Source: Phoronis australis (Eukaryota > Animalia > Phoronida). Taken from it: a DNA stretch of 64,000 nt. Under the pieces are notes generated by a model that was not told the DNA's origin, ran no database searches, and was given only the letters and a program-made list of their open reading frames with translations. The translations under genes were made by a program, and so were the position numbers. Positions 49,489-60,968 of this stretch are shown here, piece after piece (position 1 is the stretch's first letter; every line of letters starts with the position of its first letter). The stretch is taken from contig NMRA01000349.1 of assembly GCA_002633005.1 (NCBI GenBank), positions 1 through 64,000 on the forward strand, in the 5' to 3' direction.

Positions 49489-52400
49489 ATAGTCGTGCTC
49501 TCGGTCACACGGTCACTGATCATAGCTACGCTGTGTTTACAAACGAGAGAGAGGACTTGCTTGGTATTATAAAGCAAAAAATGAAACATGGTTTTTAGTT
49601 TGCAAATCACTCCAAATGCACACACTATCCAGCCTGCTCAACATGCCTGACCACAAGCTATCCCATGAGCCTTCGCGAAGGAAGTAACTCGCACATGCGC
49701 AATGCGTAGTTCGTCTGCGCTGCAAATCCGCTAATAGCGCATGCATGGATCAGACTTCCCGGCGACTCGGACGCCACGACACCGGCCACCGTGGCGGGAG
49801 CAGCTAATTTCTTGATTCACACCTGCTTCTAAATCTGGATTTAAGCAAAATGACGAAGTCCACGCTTACACACATGCAAGCGTATCCAATTACAATTAAA
49901 TGTATTTTCATGTGAAACCATTCAATGTTCTTTGACTTGTGTGAGTTCTTAATTTTCTTAGATCTGCCCAATCAGGTAGAACTGCGTTTCAAGTCATTCA
50001 CTATAGGCACCTGAGTGTTCAAATTGGAAGTTCGCGTCGTATGACGTCGTATGACGTAGGACATGCGATCCTCATTTGCATATATTAGTGACATCTGTTG
50101 GTTCAAAAAGAGGATCATGCCCGAGTACATGCCTGGGAAGAGGCATCTTTTGGAAGGGTAAAACATGTCATGTCCAAAGCATCCTAGTGCCATTAATATG
50201 CAGTCTTTGGGGACCAAAGTGGTGTCCTTTTATAGATAAAGAGTTAAGCTTTCAAACACAATGTTTGGATTCTAGACGACTTTAACAAGTACTTTTGAAA
50301 TCACTTTTGAAAACACGTTAAAATGCGCTAAAACAGTTGCCCCTTCCTGGTTATCTCTTCCTGCTTAAAGACATATCGGACCTAGAAGGAAAATCAAGTA
50401 AAAAAACATGAAAAATCGAGTTCAGTGAGTGTTCTAGGGACCAAATTAAGTTGAACAATATTGTTTCTGCGATTGGATTCTCACCCAAAAATCATTTTGT
50501 TTCAATTTAGATTTTTAAACGTCTTAAGACCAAAAAATTGTATCATTGATTCTGGGTCTAATCTTTATGCTGGACAGCAGTCTTATACTTTTGAAGTTTT
50601 CTGCTATAACTAAATATAAGTGTTAAGACCCTCTACTTCTCTGCATGCTCAAGTATGCAATGATTTTCCTGATGATTTTTTAAAAATCTTAGTTTGCAAA
50701 TGATAATCCTAACATTAAAACTATTAGTTTTTACTTGAAATCCGTGTTGTTACCAATATCGGTTCCTAGAAACTCACACACTACACACGCATCTTCACTA
50801 ACATGAGCAAGATGGCGGACCACTCAACGAAAACCACGTGACTTCAACACTAGTTATGGCCTATTTATCTAATTGGAGTAGGCCCTACACAACCGCGAAT
50901 GCAAATAATATGCCGTCACTCCTAATGTATTTTCGAGCGGAGGTTTTTGTCCGTGTCGAGCGCCGGTGGGCCTAAATTTGTTGAGGATATGTGTTCACTG
51001 TAAACTTATAAATTGCAGCACTGTGTGGAGTAATGAAACATAGGCACATGCACTCAAGGATATATTTCTTCATGACCTTTCAAATGCAACTTCAATGTTT
51101 TCTCGTAAGTTCACATTATCTTCTTACAATTCTCTTTTGAGAGCTTAAAGACATGTTGACTTCTAAAGTCATGTTGTGAATTATCTGTCTAACATGTAAC
51201 TCTACACAGATTATCTTACAAATAAGATTTACAGATCTTGATTTTGCAGTCTATTGACAATATACACATCCTGAATGGAACAAACCTTTTAATTAATGTT
51301 TCTTTAGTTTCCTTCTTTGCAGTCCTTTTGACCAGAAAAAATAACACGCAAGCACTGTGCTAAAATGCAAGGAAAATGACCTCTTTATATAAATCAAAAT
51401 TATTTTCTCCCCGTTCGGTGCTGCGTGCCTCAGAATCGCGCTTCACGTGACTCAATCATTCTCACGAATTTGGAATTTTGGATCCCCACTTTTCAAATCC
51501 TAGATGAGTCCCTGCAGTTCCCTGCATGGGCAAAACTCTACAAAAGTAACTTAAAATATGAATGTCATACCCGACCACAGACTCAGTGAACTATTTAAAC
51601 TGTTATAACCACGATCCGTTCAAGAAGCAGAGCTTTTGATATCGACCTCAAAACTGATCTCAACATTTTCCTTACTTAAATGTGATGTGATTTCTAAGAA
51701 CTGGCAATTCGCTATTCCATGAGCCTATTCTCGGTGCATATGAAAGGCATGCCTGGTATCAAGAAATATTGAACTGCTAGTTCTTTCCAAGCCCTGGAAT
51801 CGCCTTCAATTTGACGATGAAAGAATCCAAGACGGTGGTTTATTGACGCTTTCAACACGAATTTTCTAAAACAGTTCAAATCATGATTTTCCCGAGTTAC
51901 AACTGCTGACCCAATGTAAACTAGCCACAAAGTGGTAAGAGTTAGAACGAAGCTGGTGGAATCTAATAGACTCTCTCAGTTTAGTAACGTCACACCTCTT
52001 GTCCATCATTAAAGCCTGAATGAAGCGTGAATGAGATGCGTTTTGTTAATTGTGTTTGGATCCGTCAACAGTAGTTGTCCCCTCTGTTACGCACAAAAAT
52101 ACTGCCGAATTCGTTTCTACTAAACTCTACCGACATGGAGACTTTTATCTTCACCTTACAATGAGTTGGACTTCAACTTACGAGAGATTGCTACAGAGAT
52201 GGTGGGGACCTTATTGCAACTTCATAGAACTGGTATCAAAAATCAATACAAAAGAACGGTCAGAGAAAATAAGAAAGTGACTTCAGGGGTAGAAACCTGA
52301 AATATTCCCAGGCTAGCCAAATCCGAGTATACTCAGAATTTGAATTGTACATTGAAAACAAGGACGATTGTGCAAAATTCGGTGCTTCAATCCGGGGTGT

Positions 52401-53224
52401 AAAGGCTTAAAGGTCTTTATTAGACTCGCGTTCATCGTTTTAATTTTCTTTAAGATAAGTATTTACAGCAACCAGAACTCCAAACGGCGTACACTTTCTC
52501 AAAACTACAGCCATTCAAATATTTCCAGGGTTAAAAGCAAAAATTCAAGGACTTTTCAAGACCAAAATCTCTATTCTATGCCAGGGTTCTGCGAACCATG
52601 AGTCAGCAAAACGATCAATCAAAATGAGGCTTCATTGATTACAGTTGTCTGAGTCATTAGTTTCACAACGCACTTCAGTTAGTTTCGATACTATTATGAT
52701 CAATGTCCAAATACATGTACACCTTGGCGAGATCAAGGACAAGGTACAGGTATGATTTAGTAAATATGACATACAGTGGCACCGATATCAATGGCACAGC
52801 TAGGACTGTTGCTCCCGGGAAATCGCATTTTGGCAAAACAATCATTTTGGGATCCGTATTTCATTCAAATGACTATCTAGTAGCAAGATATTGGATGACC
52901 TTGTTGGTAACAAATCGTATGACGTAGAACAGCAAGAAGGACACTAACGCACGTGTTTGCTGAATGCGAAATAAGTATCGACAAATAGAATTCTTACGAG
53001 TGAGATACAATTACATACACTAACAGGGACGCGTTATTTAAGGATCTCCGCAACTAAAGTTGGTTTAACAAAACAGCAAAAAAATTTTTGTTGCATATTT
53101 CAATGAAGTTTAATTAGTCTTTTTCAGTACAAACCAACACCTAACTTTAAATACACACATATTTAAAGAAGTCTGTTCACGTTTATGTTCGTTGGAAACA
53201 TTCTTGAGTGAATAATTAATGTTA

Positions 53225-54633
53225 AATATTTGGTTAAAAATAAACCATCAGAGTTTTCGAAAATACGCCCGGGCGTTACGTATATTCGATTCATCAGCCC
53301 ATAGGCCTACTTTCGGAAATTGCTATTATTTATATATGGGCGCACTAACATCTAAAAAATACAGTCGAATGCAAACGGATATAACTGAAAATCCTATAGC
53401 AAGGTCAACTGTCTCTGTTTATCGACACAAGTTGTTGCGAGGCCTTACAATGAACCAAGTGTCCATTGCCGACCGCATATTAACCTGCCTATACAAGACT
53501 CCTAATAACAACTAAGGCAACGTTTTTGCAACAAGTGTGGCGTGCGGAGAAATAAGAATAAATTTATGACGGCCTTGTTTAGTATGTCGGATACTTTGCC
53601 ATGTGGATGTGTCTGTAGACGTGAATGAAGGGAAAGGTTGAGATATACTTTTACCAGCGTCAGTAACTGTACCGCATGCACGAAACTCAGACTATATTTC
53701 GTCATCCTAAAGTAGGCTACAACCATCAACCCATGTTGAGATCATACACCAACACGCGTTTCTTATCAAACATACCGCCTATTTCAGGACACCAAACAAA
53801 AATCAGTTAATCATCTTTAGGTATTTCTTGATGCTTTTGCCTCAGCGAACATATTTCGATGAAAACTGCGCTTAAGTTGGTGTTCCCCATCCGATACTAG
53901 AGCTTCGCGTTTGAGGTTTCCACNAATATTTGGTTAAAAATACACCATCAAACGTTTGACAAAGTTTTCGAAAATACGCCCGGGCGTTACGTATATTCGA
54001 TTCATCCGCCCATAGGCCTATTTTCGGAAATTGGTATTATTTATATATGGGCGCACTAACACCTAAAAAATACAGTCGAATGCAAATGGATACAACTGAA
54101 AATCCTATAGCAAAGTCAACTGTCTCTGTTTATCGACACAAGTTGTTGCGAGGCCTTACAAAGAACCAAGTGTCCATTGCCGACCGCATATTAACCTGCC
54201 TATACAAGACTCCTAATAACAACTAAGGCAACGTTTTTGCAACAAGTGTGGCGTGCGGAGAAATAAGAATAAATTTATGACGGCCTTGTTTAGTATGTCG
54301 GATACTTTGCCATGTGGATGTGTCTGTAGACGTGAATGAAGGGAAAGGTTGAGATATACTTTTACCAGCGTCAGTAACTGTACCGCATGCACGAAACTCA
54401 GACTATATTTCGTCATCCTAAAGTAGGCTACAACCATCAACCCATGTTGAGATCATACACCAACACGCGTTTATTATCAAACATACCGCCTATTTCAGGA
54501 CACCAAACAAAAATCAGTTAATCATCTTTAGGTATTTCTTGATGCTTTTGCCTCAGCGAACATATTTCGATGAAAACTGCGCTTAAGTTGGTGTTCCCCA
54601 TCCGATACTAGAGCTTCGCGTTTGAGGTTTCCA
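53225..54633. repeat. About 700-bp direct duplication joined by a single N (likely assembly artefact)
   Basis: 53225-53923 is nearly identical to 53925-54633, with a few SNPs and one 12-bp indel; N at 53924. Confidence 0.85.
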
Positions 54634-56029
54634 CGAAAAAAATGACTGTCACTCAGCAAATCAATCTCGGAAGCAAGCACGTAAGTAAGCAAAATTCTTA
54701 TTCTACATTGGTGTGGAAAATACAGCCAAAAATTTAGCACGGGTGCTAGTAATAAGTCTCTACTAAAGGCTTTTTACAAGACTAGAGTGTCAAGCCAAAA
54801 TGACGGACAAAAAAGTACAAATGTAGTGTAGGAAATGATTTGAATAATATGGAATGCTTTCAACGCACACGGTCTTAGTCTTTTACAGTTCACGTTCTGT
54901 ATATGGCGAGAGATTAGGTATTGAGAACAAACCTTATGTCATGAGTGGCGCACCATAGAGGGGTTGGGGGTATAGCCTATTTCATTGTATATACGTGTGT
55001 GCATGGTAGATTTTCATACTTTCTCTCCAAGAATGCAGCACAGAGTGCCAAACAAGCGGATGAAATAAAACTGTGCCCCGAGCGCGGTTGCCCCTCGATA
55101 ACTACCTATTCAGTGCCATGAAAGCCGTGTCAAGATTCTCTTGTCCCAGTGCACACACTGCATCGAGAGCAGCTCTCGATGACCCAGTAACCTACTTCAA
55201 GTTCAAGGAGGTGTACGCTAGGAATCGATGGTGTTTGAAAGATGGGCAACACATCGTCTGTGGAGGCTGAAGCCGTTCCATAGGGCAGACAAATGTTGTT
55301 GGATCAAACACTTGAAAGCTATAGTTGACGGTGATGAAATCTGCGGGACTGCGGCAACTGTTGCCCAACCAATTGGGCAGTGCCGAGAGCGTTAATTGTT
55401 TAAGACCTACCTAATACAGCTGTCGCAAACTACACCAGTTGAGTTGTGTTTTGTCGCTTGTTTAGCAAGAACTAACAGCTTCAAGCTTAATCGACTTCCC
55501 GACCATTGTCTGCATTGGGTGCAGCCTAAGGATTTCGAAGAAATTTCTCACGTGGCATAGTGTTGTCTGTGATTGGCCATTTTCTTTCGGGTCAAAAGGA
55601 GCATTAGCATGGACATCCGTTTGCATACTGATTGTTGCTGTATAATAACATATTCATAGTGATTTTGAGGCCATTAAGAGTCCATCATTTGCTCGCACAA
55701 CACACGTCGAGACCGATATGACGTGTGATTTCTAGGTGAGTTACACCCGTGTATACACTATGGTACCAAATTTGTGTGTGCGCGTCATTGTCATTGAAAA
55801 AGCGTCAAGTTGTATGTCGGGCTAAAAAGCGAAAGCCCGGGCCGCTTAGGGCCCATTTACCCTTTCCGTGACTCGGTCCTGAAACGTCAAGTTGAACTTA
55901 ATGTTAATTTTTCAAAGGCTGTGAACGAAAACTTCGGTCCCGTACTGAAATAACACTTAGGCAACACCCTCGCTCATTCTCCGGGTATAGTACCCACAAT
56001 GCAATGAGAGGCATGTCGAGAACTTGACC

Positions 56030-56188
56030 TGGCGTGCGTTCACTAGACGCTAGGACCTACGCTAGGACCTAGCCAAAAGCTAGTCATTGCAAGGTCACGT
56101 GCTCTTATTTAAAATACACTGCAATATCTCGCGAAATCTCGCAAAGTCTTGCTTTTAAGCTAGGTCCTAGAGTTACTGAACGGGAGGC
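56030..56188. repeat. Harbinger-like MITE end, second copy at 35510-35662
   Basis: Shared gacctacgcta(g/t)gacctagc...gtcttgcttt...gaacgggaggc sequence in both places. Confidence 0.55.
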
Positions 56189-56963
56189 TGATTCGTCACA
56201 TGCAGTCATTGAGTGAAATTGTGCTTGTCAACGTTCCAGTATATTTTGAGTTGCAATATTCAAGCCAAGAAATTGACAAAATGGCGAGTGTTCAGTATTT
56301 GCTGGATGCGCGGTATTTTTCCTTGTTAATCAACTCGACAGTAGTGCCTGACATTTGAAAGTTAGCCATCAGTTATGTAATTTTTCTGAATACATTTTTC
56401 CACCTCCGTGAAACAGGTAGTTCACTGAATGAGTCGGTCACTCTGCGGTGAGGAGACTTGGTGCCGGCCGAGCTCGGCCAGGAACCTTGGAACCAGTACT
56501 GGTTCCTAGCAGGAACCAAAGAAAATCTGCCGATATCCATAGAAACTTAAACAAATGCGGTCGTGAGTAGCGAAATGGATACTTTTATGTGCTGTTGAAC
56601 AAAAGTGGCGCGACTTGCCACCACTGATAAAAGGAGATGAAGACTGTGAGTCAGAATTAAAGTCTAGCACCACCACCCTCAGTTCAACGAGGCCGGGATA
56701 CTAATTAGCTTTCGTGCAATCTGATTTCCTGTGAACAGTGAAATTATGGCTTTACAAATCGAATAGATTTCAGCATGCAACACTGACTATAGTTCAACTA
56801 TTCTCTCAAATAGCCTTGCTACCCTAAAGACCTAAAGTAACGTATTTGTTCTTTTGTTTCTATGTTATCTGTTCGCTGCGTTACCAGCTAAATATCACAC
56901 TTTGGCTTATCGGCTGATTGTCTCCTATCACAGGACTGATAAAAGAGAATGATGCCCATATAA

Positions 56964-57217
56964 CATGCGCGCACCCGGCCTTTAACGGGGGGGGGCTCGA
57001 ATTTTTGGCGATGTGGACCTTTTGCTGACAAAAGAGCGGGAGGACAAAAAAAACTGGGTACCACCTTCCTTGAGAGCTTGGAATTGTGTGTCTGCGCCTT
57101 TTGAGTGGACTTTTGTCTCGTTTGCTCGGGTTTTTTGTTTCTCTAAGGCGGACCTTTTTGCCCCCTTCGCTTGATGGGGGGCTCGAGCCCCCCCGAGCCC
57201 CGCTGGGTGCGCGCATG
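56964..57217. mobile_element. MITE, CATGCGCGCACCC family
   Basis: 13-bp TIR; exact 5-bp TSD TATAA. Confidence 0.85.
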
Positions 57218-57367
57218 TATAAGCTATAGGACTGAGTTCATGTGCCGTCATGCTATGAATGTGAATCTTGACATTTATTGTAGGCGATATAAAACAATAA
57301 CTCGTGATCAACGCCAAAATAAGAGGAAAGCGTTACCGTTTTGATACTCGTTTACCTGAAGTAAAAC

Positions 57368-58157
57368 TGATTGTTCTAAAACCCCCTCGACCCCCAAATC
57401 CACGACCTTTTCGACCCCCCGCCCCGACCCCAACGACACCCTCGACCCTCGACTCGATCTGAACATAGAATAAGCAAGCGCTGAATTGCAGGACCAATGA
57501 GTTGGCCGGGTCGTGAGCTCGGCTGGCTTTTTCCTGTTATTTTCCAGTTAAGGGAGTCGATTGGGCAAATTTGAAAGTCAGAAAACAGAAAAAAAAGATC
57601 TACAAATGTCATTCACGGTAGAGTGTAATCGTCTCGTCTGCTCTTCAGCGAATGGCAGATTCAGTCTTCTTTGTGGAGAGTGCAAGGAACCGACAATACT
57701 GTAATTTCATCAGTAAAGGCAGTTTGAAAAAACAAACTGTTTACTAAAAAGTATTTCAATGTTATATTTTGTATACTGTAAACTGGTAAACAAAAGAAAA
57801 CAAATAATGAAAATGTGAAATTTTGTACAATCATGTCAACGCACTCTCTCCCTAAGTTTAGTAGAACTGGGTCATTGGTAGTCACTCGTGGCAACGATGG
57901 CGTGCTCACAGTGCGCTATTTCGGATCAAGTTCTCATGCCACTGTCTGTTTTTTAATCACCAGACTTGAGCCAGAGCAGACACGCGTGTTGGTATATGTC
58001 TTATGGGAAACTCACTCAGTGACGTAATAAGATTATGAAGGATATAAAAAGCGCAAAAATACCTCTATTGCTATAGGTCGAGGGGCTTGTGGTTCGAGGG
58101 AGTCGTGGGTTGAGAGGGTTAAGGGGTATAGGGGTCGAGGGGGTTTTAGAACAATCC
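57368..58157. mobile_element. MULE/Mutator-like MITE
   Basis: TIR gattgttctaaaaccccctcgacccc; 9-10-bp TSD gaagtaaaa(c/a); a one-ended relative lies at 29445-29585. Confidence 0.75.
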
Positions 58158-58745
58158 GAAGTAAAAATTACTGGGTTAGCTTAAGAGGCACTAAGCAATT
58201 AAAATCACTGTTCCCCTGACCTTCTAGGTATTTATACAGCAACAGAAAGTGGGATAAACGGCCCCACGAGAGACTTTTTTAACTTCTGGAGTAAACACAT
58301 TGATTGACTCACTGACAGACTGACTAACTGACTATGTGAGATGCTGGCCGTGGTGCATTCGAGCCAGACCGAGGACAGGTGCTCAAAAACAAACCTTGCC
58401 ACTTTGTTCGAACAAAGTAGTGCAATACTGACACTAAATGATGTTTGGGGAAACGATGGGGGTCGGTGGATTAGAATTCGGAAACGATTTTAAGAGTAAC
58501 TCGAGGAAGGAAGTCCCGTTTGTTCCCATATTCGGACTACCCTTTTAGCAGCGGTCTGGTACGTATACATGTTTCACGCATATGTCGACACAAGTTTGAA
58601 TTTAGCCTTATACGGGTATGCATTCAAGCTTGAGTGTAAACCTAATAATCGGGTCGTGCTATGACATTCTTGTATTAATTCACCTTTAAAATGCTTTGAA
58701 TTCCATGGTCAAGTTTATGAGCATCTATTCCTTCCAGACTCCAGA

Positions 58746-58844
58746 ATGCGGTGTGATTTGTGTGGGAAGGACAAACTATCCCGTGAGTACCCCCCAGATC
58801 CACTCACACAAGAATGCAATCACCCACTGAGGGCATGTATGCGG
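58746..58844 (+). CDS. Exon 1 of RING-Ubl-TerD gene (N-terminal part of the RING finger)
   Basis: MRCDLCGKDKLSREYPPDPLTQECNHPLRACMR followed by a GTAAGT donor at 58845; not in the ORF track. Confidence 0.8.
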
Positions 58845-60844
58845 GTAAGTTGTCCATAATCTTAGTGAGCCCCGCGTACCAGTTGTACTAGCATATATGT
58901 ACAGGAGTGGTAGACAATTAGACATTATCAATATATTTGCAACACGGCGTCCTTGGGTGAGAATTCCTCTACTAAATTGCATTCACTGAATAGTTTAGCC
59001 TGTGGCACTTCAAAGACAAGAACATCGTACTACCAACCGTTAAAACGTAGTAAACATGGATAGAGAACAAACAGCTAGCCACTTTCACTTCATTAAACTG
59101 GGTTCCAACATTTTAAAATATGCGTCGAGTATTTTTTTGCATCCACATCAATCTATGACGTGTCCAAAACATTATTTAGTTCAACCAAAACAGGATTTTA
59201 TTGCTTTAGTGAGTGCCTTGCGTTTTTTTTGCTAATCTGAGATGTTATTTACTTAGGTCACTTGAGAATTACAGTTTTGCATTCACAAAAGTCCGTTCCT
59301 ACGATTGTTTTTGTCTAGTTATGCTGGGCCATAATGAGAAATGATCACGATTTCACTTGCTTTAACCAAACTGATAGTGTTCTGTGTACCATAACTGATA
59401 GTGTTCTGTGTACCATGTATAGTACATTTCACCAAGAGAAATAGAGTTTTTGTCGACAATGCAGAGTTAATGATAGGTGGGTTGCGGCAATTATATTCCC
59501 TTTGAACAGGATCGAGTCCCGTTGTTGCAAACATCTCTCGAAGAAAGTTTCTGTCACCATGTGCTTTTCTTGTAATACGTGGCAATATATTGCATTGTCG
59601 CAAGCATCCCGTATCCATCGAACGCACGTCCTACATGTATGCCTTTACGTTATTTCCAGTGTGTTGTCCAGTACGTCAATGACAACAATCAGTGCCCTGG
59701 AGAATCTTGCTCTGCTCACGTTTCACCAGACTCCATCTCTATCCAATCCATACAGCGAAGACTTGAGTATTTGTTCCCTACCTGTTACCATGTCAACGAC
59801 GATCCGGATATAGGTGACGCAGACGATGCGGGCAACATAAGAGTTTCAACGGTGACGGGGGACGTAGCTGAGGTGCCATATGAGTCAACGATGACAATCG
59901 ATAACTTGAAGATCGCAGTGAGAAAGCAGACAGGCCATGAGGAATCGAAACAGAGGCTGTTATTTAAAGGAAGAGGTTTGGAGGTGAGCTATTTGCATTA
60001 GGAACAGTGTGATATGCATATCACACTTCGTCTGATGCTGCTTGTTTCTATTGCTCGGAACACGTGAAAGTAATGTTGTCTCAGACATACTGGAATTCGA
60101 ACTGATATCTCAAATACTGGTAGTTCATACAAAAATTATCCTTTTGGTTTGTAATGGAATATTTGGTAAAAAGAACCGTTACTGTTTACCCATTTGTTTT
60201 CTTATCGGCAAATCCACCTATTGTAGGTTTACAACGAGGACGGATCTCTGTCAAGATTGAAGGATTATGGGATTAGGGCTAACCACACTATTCACCTGGT
60301 GGTGTTGCTATTGGACGTGCCACGCAGCTTGAATCACGTGACCTTTGATTTGTCTTGGGGATTTCCTGCCACGGGTCGCGACTTTCTGGACGCTTCTTGT
60401 TTCATTTTCCATGGGGAGGAAAAGTATGAAGTGGAAGACTTCCGCCCTAACCCAGACAAGGATGAGAATTCTCCTGTGTGGCATGCTGGCGATGAAATGG
60501 ACAATGCTCAGAAGAAAGGACACCAGATTATTAACGTTAAACTTAAACAACTTGAAAGTACTGTTACTCATTTATTTTTCACCCTAAGTGCTTTTGAATC
60601 TGAGAATTTGTCTCCTTATAAGCACCCGACATTAAAGTTTTACGACTCTTCAGACAAGAAGAAAGACCTTTGTTCTACGTCTTTCCATCATGCTCACGAC
60701 TCACAGGCTGTGGTAATGTGTTGTCTCTCCCGACGTCTGGGGTACTGGCAGATTTATAACTCTGGACAGTTGACTGAAGGAAACGTGAGAAATTATGACC
60801 CCATAGTCGCAACCATTCGTTCGATAATTGAAGAAGGCGTTTGA
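58746..60844 (+). CDS. RING finger - ubiquitin-like - TerD-like domain protein, 3 coding exons (58746-58844, 59660-59983, 60227-60844), 346 aa
   Basis: Two phase-0 GT-AG introns join the exons into one open frame. RING-type ligands: CDLC...ECNHPLRACMR|C...QCPGESC. Ubl: IRVSTVTG...MTIDNLKIAVRKQTGHEESKQRLLFKGRGLE|V...LKDYGIRANHTIHLVV. TerD-like: LSWG...DFLDASC...VWHAGD...INVKLKQL...THLFFTLS. Stop at 60842-60844. A further 5' exon is possible (acceptor cttccag ending at 58737). Confidence 0.85.
59660..59983 (+). CDS. Exon 2 of RING-Ubl-TerD gene (RING end plus most of the Ubl domain)
   Basis: Acceptor tatttccag ending at 59659, donor GTGAG at 59984; lies within ORF 59579..60001. Confidence 0.85.
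60227..60844 (+). CDS. Exon 3 of RING-Ubl-TerD gene (Ubl end plus TerD-like domain)
   Basis: Acceptor ttgtag ending at 60226, in frame with ORF 60257..60844; contains LDASC and HAGD motifs resembling TerD DLDAS and HSGD. Confidence 0.88.
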   Translation, partial: VYNEDGSLSRLKDYGIRANHTIHLVVLLLDVPRSLNHVTFDLSWGFPATGRDFLDASCFIFHGEEKYEVEDFRPNPDKDENSPVWHAGDEMDNAQKKGHQIINVKLKQLESTVTHLFFTLSAFESENLSPYKHPTLKFYDSSDKKKDLCSTSFHHAHDSQAVVMCCLSRRLGYWQIYNSGQLTEGNVRNYDPIVATIRSIIEEGV

Positions 60845-60962
60845 GTGAATGCCATAAAGCCTTCAAATGTCGCCTTTATTCGATACTATTGGTAAATACA
60901 GGTACAGTGCAGATTTGTTGTGATATGGATCGAATTGAATGAAAGAGCTTCATTCTCTACTA

Positions 60963-60968
60963 AATAAA
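60963..60968 (+). terminator. Polyadenylation signal of RING-Ubl-TerD gene
   Basis: AATAAA about 120 nt after the stop codon, followed by T/GT-rich sequence. Confidence 0.55.

Larger units (their letters stand above)
48886..49732 (+). mobile_element. Harbinger/ISL2EU-like element with THAP ORF, spanning an assembly gap
   Basis: TIR agcggatttgcagcg/cgctgcaaatccgct with AAT duplicated on both sides; contains the THAP ORF at 48992. Confidence 0.7.
44499..50365. mobile_element. Kolobok-type element (decayed) with nested insertions
   Basis: TTAA-flanked TIR agcaggaagagataaccaggaaggg (left copy split by an insertion) matches cccttcctggttatctcttcctgct at 50341-50365. Confidence 0.75.

Noticed and set aside
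49269-49625. ORFs spanning X runs
   Set aside because: Artefacts of the N gap.
53225-54633. Tandem duplication with two identical 75-aa ORFs
   Set aside because: The copies meet at a single N and differ by allele-level changes, typical of overlapping haplotype contig ends; the ORFs have no recognisable domain.
59579-59659. ORF-track N-terminus MAIYCIVAS... for the Ubl ORF
   Set aside because: It uses a GTG start and lies in the intron upstream of the acceptor at 59659; the spliced RING exon supplies the N-terminus.
60227-60844. Bacterial ter operon or contamination
   Set aside because: The TerD-like exon is spliced to eukaryotic RING and Ubl exons, has a poly(A) signal and has no neighbouring ter genes.
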